Both the position numbers and the translations under genes were made by a program. A DNA stretch of 45,134 nucleotides from a virus. Lineage: Duplodnaviria > Caudoviricetes. Positions 20,386 through 28,291 of the stretch are shown piece by piece (within the stretch, counting starts at the first letter, position 1; each line of letters starts with the position of its first letter). The stretch spans positions 1 through 45,134 of IMG/VR virus record IMGVR_UViG_3300032373_000031. One strand, given 5' to 3'. Under the pieces are notes generated by a model. The model searched no databases. It saw nothing but the letters and a program-made list of their open reading frames with translations, and had not been told where the DNA came from.

Positions 20386-20580
20386 ATATCTCTATGATGT
20401 TTCATTCCTATGCAGCATCCGTGCCAGTAATGAGTAATAATGTTTCAATGGGACAGCGATGTTGTGGGTGTATTACACCACTGTACACCAATACTCCTTG
20501 CCCATGAATAATAATATACAATGATGTCAATAACTTAGGGCAATAATGGCACCAATGCTAAGGTTTATTCAATTATGGTG

Positions 20581-20609
20581 TTGACATACCTACTGCAATA
20601 CGGTCTAAT
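20581..20609 (+). promoter_or_regulatory. Early sigma70-type promoter P1
   Basis: TTGACA-N17-TCTAAT upstream of the first plus-strand gene. Confidence 0.6.
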
Positions 20610-20654
20610 GTGGTTATCGAACAAGACACAACAACGCAACAAGGAATTAAGTAA

Positions 20655-20930
20655 ATGGAAAAGACAAGGCAACCTCAACACGCTGAAGTATGTTTCCCGC
20701 TTGGTACGCAATTTACCCTCAGACGCGGTAAGAACATTACCAAACAAGCAACAGTGATCGATTGGCTCCACACCTACAACACTAAAGATGAATTGGTGAA
20801 AATGCGCTACGTGGTGCAGTATGACGGCCCGCTAGGCCAAAAGATGGTAGACCGCGATGTTTGTCACACCACGATAAAAATGGCTCAAGCGCGTGATACT
20901 GAAAGCAAAAGAGTGTTGGCGAATATTTAG
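20655..20930 (+). CDS. Early hypothetical protein (91 aa)
   Basis: AAGGA RBS; first gene after P1. Confidence 0.7.
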   Translation: MEKTRQPQHAEVCFPLGTQFTLRRGKNITKQATVIDWLHTYNTKDELVKMRYVVQYDGPLGQKMVDRDVCHTTIKMAQARDTESKRVLANI

Positions 20931-21034
20931 TCTTTACATAGTAATCTTACTCTGCTAGGGTTACTTAATAAAGCCTAACAAGATACCAAGGCCGATGTCA
21001 TTTATAGCACGCTCGCTGAAATACGCTAAAGTGC

Positions 21035-21064
21035 TTGACAATATCGCTAGAAGTATCCTAAGCT
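21035..21064 (+). promoter_or_regulatory. Early sigma70-type promoter P2, upstream of the structured RNA
   Basis: TTGACA-N18-TAAGCT; predicted +1 about 21071. Confidence 0.6.
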
Positions 21065-21071
21065 TTAGACA

Positions 21072-21560
21072 GGTTCTCACTATTGAACCATATGCCTATA
21101 CACATTACGGCTTTAAACTGTGTATTGCTGGGTTTAGCATGGTAGCCCTAAGCATAAAAGTATGATGTAGCCAAGCTTGATCTGCCAAACCTTTCTTTAT
21201 AAGGTCACTGGCTTGACTGAACGGCTCTAATACGGCTGTAAACCTGCATGAGAAGGGGCATTTATGTTCTGGGATTGTTGGGATGCTGTAGAGGGGCTTA
21301 CCGAGTAGGGTAGTATAGATACGTCTTTACTATGTAGGTGCGCGCTTTGATCTGGTTTCTGTGACGGAATCACCAGTTATGCCCTTGATCGAGCTGTCAG
21401 CTTTAGAACAATACTGCGTTAGCAGTTCTCTGGGGTGGTTTAGGCCATTGGGACTAGCAAGAAAACAATCCAATAGGGGACACTTGCTGCATACTGGTAG
21501 ATAGAACAACATTCGTTGTCTTATATAGATAAGGGATAGCTTTGTCTATATAAGGGAACC
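21072..21560 (+). ncRNA. Candidate large, highly structured multi-pseudoknot non-coding RNA (~490 nt)
   Basis: No credible ORF; 5' GGTTCTC pairs with 3' GGGAACC; at least 8 local hairpins and five 8-bp long-range complementarities, found by eye. Confidence 0.65.
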
Positions 21561-21586
21561 AATGGAGTAAACTAAGGAGCAATACA

Positions 21587-22051
21587 ATGCCTACAATTAC
21601 AAACAAGACAGCCTTTGATAAGGCTTTGAAGTCCATCCGTAACCGCGGTAATAACATCGTTGACAGTATTCAGACTGCAATTGAGTACTGCCATGATCAA
21701 ATGGTGCAGCACAACAACGCTGACCCGGTGAAGAACCTACTCGACACACTCAACCAGTCACGTCTTGATGTGCGAGCAGATGTGCGGGCATACTTGGCGC
21801 ACCACTTGCCGGTTAAGGTAGGCTTCAGTAAGACCAAAGGCTACTCAGTCAAGGTCATTGAAGGCAACTGCCGAGAGCTTGACGCACCCTTTGATAAGTG
21901 GTCGCGTCCTAAGAATGATAAACAGCAGGTGTCTATGAACGCGGATACTCTGATTGCTAAGTTCAACGCCATGACTGAAATGCAGCAGACTAAGGTGATT
22001 GACTTGTTTAAGGCGCGCTTTAACCTTGTGCCCGCTGCAGATGCAAGGTAA
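21587..22051 (+). CDS. Early hypothetical protein (154 aa)
   Basis: AAGGAG RBS; FDKALKSIRNRG...IQTA N-terminus resembles early proteins of other podoviruses. Confidence 0.75.
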   Translation: MPTITNKTAFDKALKSIRNRGNNIVDSIQTAIEYCHDQMVQHNNADPVKNLLDTLNQSRLDVRADVRAYLAHHLPVKVGFSKTKGYSVKVIEGNCRELDAPFDKWSRPKNDKQQVSMNADTLIAKFNAMTEMQQTKVIDLFKARFNLVPAADAR

Positions 22052-22211
22052 GCCCGCAGGTAACACCTTTATCCTACCTGAACAGTGGTTTTCAGACTTT
22101 GAAACCACTTTACTAGCCCAGTATAGTGGGGATAAAAAGGCTATGGATAAGGCTGTCAATAAGTGGGTGACAAGCATATTGACAGAACACGTTAAGGTGC
22201 AACGGAGTTAA
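22041..22211 (+). CDS. Small hypothetical protein (56 aa)
   Basis: ATG at 22041 overlaps the upstream gene end; fills the gap. Confidence 0.55.
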   Translation: MQGKPAGNTFILPEQWFSDFETTLLAQYSGDKKAMDKAVNKWVTSILTEHVKVQRS

Positions 22212-22216
22212 CTAAC

Positions 22217-22753
22217 ATGCCCAAATACATTACACTTAAACAACTAACAGATAACAACGCTTGCTACAGTCAAGTTAGACTGTTCAAGCGCTTGTTTGGT
22301 GATAGAGTAGAGGTTACTCTTGAGAATATGAACAAGTACGGTAGCAATTTCGACATAGGCTGGGCTGCTAAGAACCTACTAAGCCCTTCTGCTTTGGCCG
22401 AGTACGATAAGGTAGAACAGTCTGCTTATGACGAGTACAGGAAGGTAGAACAGTCTGCTTTGGACGAGTACAGGAAGGTAGAACAGTCTGCTTTGGCCGA
22501 GTACGATAAGGTAGAACAGTCTGCTTTGGCCGAGTACCAGAAGGTAAAACAGTCTGCTTTGGACAAGTACTGGAAGGTACAACAGTCTGCTTATACCGAG
22601 TACTTGAAGGTACGACAGTCTGCTTTGTACGAGTACAGGAATGTACGACAGTCTGCTTTGGCCGAGTACTTGAAGGTACGACAGTCTGCTTTGGCCGAGT
22701 ACAGGAATGTACGACAGCCTGCTTTCGTTCAACTGTACACTAACGTGGAGTAG
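22217..22753 (+). CDS. 11-aa tandem-repeat helical protein, copy A (10 repeats)
   Basis: GGAG RBS; ~57-aa head plus 10 x SA(L/Y)x(E/K)Yx(K/N)VxQ. Confidence 0.9.
   Translation: MPKYITLKQLTDNNACYSQVRLFKRLFGDRVEVTLENMNKYGSNFDIGWAAKNLLSPSALAEYDKVEQSAYDEYRKVEQSALDEYRKVEQSALAEYDKVEQSALAEYQKVKQSALDKYWKVQQSAYTEYLKVRQSALYEYRNVRQSALAEYLKVRQSALAEYRNVRQPAFVQLYTNVE
22388..22717 (+). repeat. 33-bp coding tandem repeat x10
   Basis: Unit TCTGCTnnnnnnRAGTACnnnAAKGTAnnACAG. Confidence 0.97.
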
Positions 22754-22759
22754 TTAGAC

Positions 22760-23545
22760 ATGCGTAGGATTTTAGTACAGCCATACCGTCAAGCATCACG
22801 GTCAAGTAAGGCCATTGCTGCTGGACTAGGGTACAGGAGAGTACTGCTTAGGGCTACTCGTTTTGTGCCTAGAGATGATGACTTGATTATCAATTGGGGT
22901 TCGTCGAAGCAGCTATTTGCTGATGAATACTACTTTAACAAACCCTCGCAAGTCCTTGTTGCAGCTAACAAACGGCACACTCTGCAAGCACTGTACAATG
23001 TCAACACAGAGATGGTCCCACAGTTTAAAGTAGAGCTACCTACCCCTTACTGTGATGTTCTGTTAGACGGTGTTAAAGATTGGATGGATACTGTGGGTAC
23101 CCCAGTGTACTGCCGTACTACTTTAACGGGCAACTCTGGTGCCGGTATTGTGGTAGCGGAGACACCTGACGAGCTAGTCGAGGCCCCGTTGTACACAGCG
23201 ATGTTCGGCAAAGACTACGAGGTTCGCGTTCACGTTATCAACGGTGAGGCATTTGACTTCCAACAAAAGAGACGGCGTAGTGGCAGCACAAACACAGACA
23301 GATACATCTTCAATCACGGTAACGATTGGGTGTTCTGCCGTAACAGCATCGACATACCAGCCAGTCTTATTGAAGAAGCTAAACAGCTAGGGACTAAGGC
23401 TGTTACAACACTGGGCCTAGACATGGGTGCAGTAGACATAGGCATTAAAGGTAACGGTGAGATGGTGGTGTTTGAGGTTAACACTGCTCCCGGCGTTACC
23501 GGAACAACACTACAAAATTATTTAGACAAACTTGGAGAACTCTAA
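22760..23545 (+). CDS. ATP-grasp ligase (RimK/phiEco32-type)
   Basis: GNSGAGIV loop, EVRVHV, LGLDMGAVDI, VFEVNTAPG. Confidence 0.88.
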   Translation: MRRILVQPYRQASRSSKAIAAGLGYRRVLLRATRFVPRDDDLIINWGSSKQLFADEYYFNKPSQVLVAANKRHTLQALYNVNTEMVPQFKVELPTPYCDVLLDGVKDWMDTVGTPVYCRTTLTGNSGAGIVVAETPDELVEAPLYTAMFGKDYEVRVHVINGEAFDFQQKRRRSGSTNTDRYIFNHGNDWVFCRNSIDIPASLIEEAKQLGTKAVTTLGLDMGAVDIGIKGNGEMVVFEVNTAPGVTGTTLQNYLDKLGEL

Positions 23546-25320
23546 TGAGTATAAAAGGAGTACACTTATCCCCTATCTTAACCAGCTACGTGCACCGCCC
23601 AATACTGGTGCCTGTTTACAAAGAAGGTGGGCTAATCATTGTAACGATGGACAGAGATGATATACAGCGCGCCATAGAAAGAGGCACTGTAGTTGCGCCA
23701 ATACCTTACTTTATGTATACCTTTAACAACAGTAACCTGAATAGTACCCTTTTAGCGCACTGTTTTGAGAATCCTTTAGCTGGCTTTACTACTGGCCCGG
23801 ATGCGTATGTTAAGGTTAGTGTGGACCAGTTTTCACGCAGAACAGTAAAGAAGCCTCTACTTTGTTCTGGTAGGGGGACAGACATTTACGGTCCAACAGA
23901 GTTGTGCGAATACGTGTGGGCAGGAAAGCCTAGCGGCGCACGTTCTCACTTCTTTGTTCCCAAGAGTGAAGCCTATGTTCTCTCATCTGGACAGCCCACC
24001 AACGTCCCATCCCCGTTTACCTCCGGAGTAATACAAGACTACACTCCAAGGCTGTTGGCAGAAAACCTATGGGTTAATGCCGGGCTACGTAGGGGTATTA
24101 ATACGTACCGTCCATATGCCCGTACTTATACTATAGATGATCTTGCAAACGATGCAGTATCAACACCAACACCACCCGCTGTTGACACAGTGATGCCTTA
24201 CAATACTGATGTACTCAATGTGCTTGACGGTGGCTTTAACTCATTCAAGAAAGAAACAGACTCGTTCCTTGGTGTGGAGCTAGAGGTTAACACCCCTGAT
24301 ACAACAACAGAAAGAGTTGTAGGGATTAGACAGTCATTGAATGATGACGTAATCTGCGTTAGCGATGGCTCCATTGTAGGTACTGGGTTAGAGATTGTTA
24401 CTCTGCCCGGCACACTGCTGTGGCATAAGCGTAAACTGTGGAAGGACTTCGCTAAGCACACAGTACCATTACTGGATACATCTGCATCCGACAACAAGGT
24501 AATGGGGGTACACGTTCACGTCAACCGACGTAACCCTGTCACTAATGCGGTTAATATAACTACGGGGATGGCTACGAAGCTGGCCCTTCTTGTTAATGAT
24601 GTGACAAGTCAGGACTTTATCTCAGGTATTTCTTTACGTAAGACTGGGCAGTACTCAAAGGTGCAACGTAAGCGGGACCAAAGGTACACAGAGCCGGGTA
24701 CTACTGGCAAGTATTACCAGCTTAACACGTCACGTAGTAATACAATTGAGTTTAGAATGTTTCGCACCACTAAAGATGTGAACGTTCTGTTTAGCTACCT
24801 AGAATTTGCCCACTCATTAGTAGAGTACTCTAGGCAGGCACCACTCAGTCAACTTAGTATGTCTAACTATTGTCAGTGGTTCCTTCGACATGGCAGCAGG
24901 TACCACGACCTACGTAAGCTCAGAGGTGACTTGATTAAAACATGTGCTGGTGTGGGTTTGCCCGTAGTCAAGCCAGATGTACGTAACCCTGTCAGTGATT
25001 GGACATTCAAGGAGTTTAAGCTAGAGACAGACAAGGACTTCTTAGACCTGTGTGTCATGTACGGTACTGGTTTTAAGGTTAGTAAAGTAATGCCTATTCT
25101 AAAACAGTGGTTAGAGGGTAGGTCTACTTTACCTAGCGGTGCTGACTACGAAGACTTACCTTCTATTGTGTCTAGATATGCTGTTAATAAAAGGGCTCCT
25201 TGGATGCGTCGAGATACTATTGCAGCTATACGCGGTGGCCTTAGCTGTGTTGGATGCTATGATGTACCCGGTGTTAGTGACATGGATGACATCAGGTATG
25301 CTATAGGCCAGCTAACCTAG
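23545..25320 (+). CDS. Putative amidoligase (glutamine-synthetase-fold COOH-NH2 ligase) with N- and C-terminal extensions
   Basis: LGVELEV, SDGSI..GLEIVT, GVHVHV, TIEFRMF. Confidence 0.85.
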   Translation: MSIKGVHLSPILTSYVHRPILVPVYKEGGLIIVTMDRDDIQRAIERGTVVAPIPYFMYTFNNSNLNSTLLAHCFENPLAGFTTGPDAYVKVSVDQFSRRTVKKPLLCSGRGTDIYGPTELCEYVWAGKPSGARSHFFVPKSEAYVLSSGQPTNVPSPFTSGVIQDYTPRLLAENLWVNAGLRRGINTYRPYARTYTIDDLANDAVSTPTPPAVDTVMPYNTDVLNVLDGGFNSFKKETDSFLGVELEVNTPDTTTERVVGIRQSLNDDVICVSDGSIVGTGLEIVTLPGTLLWHKRKLWKDFAKHTVPLLDTSASDNKVMGVHVHVNRRNPVTNAVNITTGMATKLALLVNDVTSQDFISGISLRKTGQYSKVQRKRDQRYTEPGTTGKYYQLNTSRSNTIEFRMFRTTKDVNVLFSYLEFAHSLVEYSRQAPLSQLSMSNYCQWFLRHGSRYHDLRKLRGDLIKTCAGVGLPVVKPDVRNPVSDWTFKEFKLETDKDFLDLCVMYGTGFKVSKVMPILKQWLEGRSTLPSGADYEDLPSIVSRYAVNKRAPWMRRDTIAAIRGGLSCVGCYDVPGVSDMDDIRYAIGQLT

Positions 25321-25366
25321 AAATAAACTCACAAAAAATTTTTACAACTAATTAGGAGACACACTT

Positions 25367-26299
25367 ATGTGTATTATTATTCACGCACCTGCTGGTGAAA
25401 AGCTTGAAAGCAAAGACCTTGCAGTGGCGTACAAGAACAACCCCGACGGTGTAGGATACATGGCCTTCAGGGAAGATGAAGAAGACGGGTCACTGTTCTA
25501 CTACCAAGGCACGTTCATGCCAGAGGCTGTTGATGATGTCGATGATGTATTTGACAAGCACATTGATGACGACCTTGTAGTACACCTGCGATACAAAACA
25601 ACTGGTGAGATCAGCCTTGAAAACTGCCACCCCTTCGAGGTTATCACTGAAGATGATGTGCAGAATAACCCGTCCTTAACTAATAAGGTTTGGGTGATGC
25701 ACAATGGTACGTTTACCTTCACACCTGACGACACTATGGATACCTTGTTTGTTGTTAAGAATATCCTACGTCCAATGCTACTCAGTGACCCTAACGTTAT
25801 CTTTGATGACTGGTTCAATGACTTCTGTGTTAAGTTCCTTGGAGCGGGTGGACGATTGACATTCATCACAGACTGTGGAGATATTCAGCACATCGGACAC
25901 TTCCATGATAAGAGCGACTGTAAGGTATCTAATGTATACTCATTTAATCCTAACCACCGCACACCTGTGACTAGTAGCTACCCCGGTGTACAGCAGACTA
26001 GCTCAGGCTCTAGTACAGTAGGTACACTGCCTGACACTATTGTTGCAAACACCCAGTATACTGGGCCAGCCAATACCATAGACCCCCTAGCTAAAGTAAT
26101 CTCTACACTAGAGAATGCTTGGGATGCGGATGTACTACTACGAACGTGGGATAGGTTAGACGAGGATGAGAAGATACAGATAGCCTTACAGAAACCCCTA
26201 CTACTCAAGGAGATCATCGACACGGTGGCTATCGAGGCAAGTACTACTGGCTCTGCTTACATGGTTGACGGGCTTAACAGCGTAGGAGCAGCAACATGA
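25367..26299 (+). CDS. Class II (Ntn) glutamine amidotransferase
   Basis: N-terminal MC, NPDGVG, HLRYKTTG..NCHPF, MHNG. Confidence 0.88.
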   Translation: MCIIIHAPAGEKLESKDLAVAYKNNPDGVGYMAFREDEEDGSLFYYQGTFMPEAVDDVDDVFDKHIDDDLVVHLRYKTTGEISLENCHPFEVITEDDVQNNPSLTNKVWVMHNGTFTFTPDDTMDTLFVVKNILRPMLLSDPNVIFDDWFNDFCVKFLGAGGRLTFITDCGDIQHIGHFHDKSDCKVSNVYSFNPNHRTPVTSSYPGVQQTSSGSSTVGTLPDTIVANTQYTGPANTIDPLAKVISTLENAWDADVLLRTWDRLDEDEKIQIALQKPLLLKEIIDTVAIEASTTGSAYMVDGLNSVGAAT

Positions 26300-26787
26300 G
26301 TAACTATGTGTTTGTCTACGGCACACTGCAGCAAGGGTGTGGCAACCATGCCCATTACCTTAGTCATTCCAAGTACTTAGGTAAGGCAGTGACGGTAGCT
26401 GGTAACCTACTACTGACTAACTCTACTGGTGGTGGCTTCCCTTATGCCCTATATAACAAGACCTGCTCATGGGGTGACATCATCGGTGAGGTGTACGAGG
26501 TAGACAACACTACCTTGCTTAGTATTGACAGGCTTGAGCAGCATCCTAGCTGGTACCGTAGGCACAGGGTTCAGGTAGAGCTACTAGACACACCATCACA
26601 AAGTATCATGGCGACCATGTACGTCATTGATATAACCCTAGAAGAATTAGCTAGGGAGCATGCTCAATGTGAGTTCAGCTTCAGTACCCCTAACTCCTAT
26701 GTAGATGTTAACAAGAATGCACAGCAGAGTTGGTCACCAGTACACAGTAGAGCACAGACTAGCCCACCTTTTTCTACAGTACACTAA
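26296..26787 (+). CDS. Gamma-glutamylcyclotransferase (AIG2/GGACT-like)
   Basis: VFVYGTL..G..NH, GEVYEV, DRLE.HP.WYRR. Confidence 0.9.
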   Translation: MSNYVFVYGTLQQGCGNHAHYLSHSKYLGKAVTVAGNLLLTNSTGGGFPYALYNKTCSWGDIIGEVYEVDNTTLLSIDRLEQHPSWYRRHRVQVELLDTPSQSIMATMYVIDITLEELAREHAQCEFSFSTPNSYVDVNKNAQQSWSPVHSRAQTSPPFSTVH

Positions 26788-26795
26788 AAAAATAC

Positions 26796-26823
26796 TTGAC
26801 AAGCTTTTTATACGTGATATAAT
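26796..26823 (+). promoter_or_regulatory. sigma70-type promoter
   Basis: TTGACA-N16-TATAAT with extended TG and an upstream A-tract. Confidence 0.85.
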
Positions 26824-26866
26824 AGAACTGTAGTGATGCTTAAAGTAACTTGATTGGATTTTATTT

Positions 26867-27043
26867 ATGAGATGTACAATTTGTAATAGTCTAACAGACA
26901 GAATTGTTACTAAACAAGAACAAGATAAGACAGTTTTAGATACAGTCTGTTACAGATGTATCTCATTAGTAAGAGAAGAGAATGACGACTACTCGGTAGA
27001 TAGCATACCTCAAAGAAGTATTGGAGTGAACAGTTATGAATAG
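26867..27043 (+). CDS. Small Zn-finger-like protein (58 aa, MRCTICN...CYRC)
   Basis: Translated by hand; two CxxC pairs; first ORF after the promoter. Confidence 0.6.
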   Translation: MRCTICNSLTDRIVTKQEQDKTVLDTVCYRCISLVREENDDYSVDSIPQRSIGVNSYE

Positions 27044-27134
27044 TAATAAGTATAAGTGGATAGCTTTAGGAGGGTTCGTTTGGTTCACCCTGTTTGCCTC
27101 GTATGCAGCCGCCCTTATTGGAGGAGTAAACTAA
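27036..27134 (+). CDS. 32-aa membrane peptide (MNSNKYKWIALGGFVWFTLFASYAAALIGGVN)
   Basis: Translated by hand; GGAG RBS; one hydrophobic helix. Confidence 0.55.
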   Translation: MNSNKYKWIALGGFVWFTLFASYAAALIGGVN

Positions 27135-27135
27135 C

Positions 27136-27507
27136 ATGCCTAAATACATTACACTTAAACACCTAACAGATAACGACGCTTGCTCTAGTCAGGCTAGACT
27201 ATTCAAGCGCTTGTTCGGTGATAGAGTAGAGGTTACTCTTGAAACTATGGACAAGTACGGTAGCAAGTTTGATGTAGGTTGGGCTGTACAGAATTTACTG
27301 GACAAGCCTGCTTATGACGAGTACGATAAGGTACAACAGCCTGCTTATGACGAGTACGATAAGGTAAAACAGTCTGCTTATGACAAGTACAAGAAGGTAA
27401 AACAGTCTGCTTATGACGAGTACTGGAAGGTAAAACAGTCTGCTTGGGACAAGTACAAGAAGGTAAAACAGTCTGCATTCGTGCAAGCATATATTAGTAT
27501 GGAGTAA
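27136..27507 (+). CDS. 11-aa tandem-repeat helical protein, copy B (5 repeats)
   Basis: Paralog of 22217..22753. Confidence 0.9.
   Translation: MPKYITLKHLTDNDACSSQARLFKRLFGDRVEVTLETMDKYGSKFDVGWAVQNLLDKPAYDEYDKVQQPAYDEYDKVKQSAYDKYKKVKQSAYDEYWKVKQSAWDKYKKVKQSAFVQAYISME
27307..27471 (+). repeat. 33-bp coding tandem repeat x5
   Basis: Same unit family as 22388-22717. Confidence 0.97.
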
Positions 27508-27512
27508 AAGTA

Positions 27513-28019
27513 ATGTTAAAGATCATACCAGTCGTAGCCCTTGTTCTGCTAGGTGCATGTTCAAGCAGTAGAGCCACCTTACCAGACCCTATGATACCTG
27601 TGGCGACTACTCAAGGTAACCTAATTGGAACGGTACTAAAATATAAAGCTGACAAGCTACATATATACACCTCATACGGGGGCTTTGTACACCAGTATGA
27701 GAGGCTTGCTAGATACCTTATTAAGAATAACATTGACTTGGTTATTCACGGTAGGTGCTACTCAGCCTGTACAATGCTGCTTGACTTGGTTGACACACAC
27801 CCGGATAGCACCAGTGATGTGTGTGTGTATAGGTACGCTAAGCTAGGGTACCACAGTGCTAGGGTTAAGACATCTAAGGGTATTACTTTCCTACCACTGT
27901 TGCACAAGTATAGCTCTAAGATACAGGAAGTTATACTTGACAAGGGTGGATTGCCTGATGAGACTATGGTAGTGCTGTACGGCAAAGAGATGTTGAGTGT
28001 TTATAAGGAGTGTGGGTGA
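27513..28019 (+). CDS. Predicted lipoprotein with a G-x-C-x-SACT (ClpP/crotonase-like) domain
   Basis: Signal peptide plus lipobox LLGA-C; SYGG...IHGRCYSACTM...LGYH. Confidence 0.65.
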   Translation: MLKIIPVVALVLLGACSSSRATLPDPMIPVATTQGNLIGTVLKYKADKLHIYTSYGGFVHQYERLARYLIKNNIDLVIHGRCYSACTMLLDLVDTHPDSTSDVCVYRYAKLGYHSARVKTSKGITFLPLLHKYSSKIQEVILDKGGLPDETMVVLYGKEMLSVYKECG

Positions 28020-28291
28020 TGTTTAAAGCTAACCTGACATTTAAAAATAGAACTGCAGCAGAGTTTGTTGACGGTGGTCTTGACGAAGAGATTACTGATA
28101 TTACCTTAGCTAACATGAACATAAATGTGCTGGCTTCACAGATAGAACATGTAAGTAGGTGGTATCATGCGTTCTGTTCTGGTGATGACATTAAGGTACT
28201 GCTAAACGGTAGGGTCTTAGATATTGACTGTAATGGGGAGCCAGAGCGTTCAGGCTTTAGTTTCTACAGTAAAATACGAGAGGAAATGTGA
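28019..28291 (+). CDS. Hypothetical protein
   Basis: AAGGAG RBS; coupled to its neighbours. Confidence 0.65.
   Translation: MFKANLTFKNRTAAEFVDGGLDEEITDITLANMNINVLASQIEHVSRWYHAFCSGDDIKVLLNGRVLDIDCNGEPERSGFSFYSKIREEM

Noticed and set aside
20575-20757. 60-aa ORF 20575..20757
   Set aside because: It starts upstream of and runs through promoter P1 and overlaps the better-supported 20655 gene in another frame.
21072-21560. tmRNA, RNase P, cobalamin riboswitch, tRNA cluster or group II intron identity for the structured segment
   Set aside because: I found no tRNA-like ends, GAGGAAAGUCC, B12 box or domain V by eye; a covariance-model search is still needed.
21330-21657. Minus-strand ORFs 21330..21512 and 21454..21657
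   Set aside because: Antisense to the early arm, no convincing RBS, and they overlap a real gene and the structured segment.
22388-22717. 33-bp repeats as a CRISPR or mini-array
   Set aside because: The units are contiguous with no unique spacers and keep an RBS-led reading frame; there is no cas operon.
22217-27507. Repeat paralogs as a DGR template/variable pair
   Set aside because: There is no reverse transcriptase in the genome and the differences are not confined to adenines.
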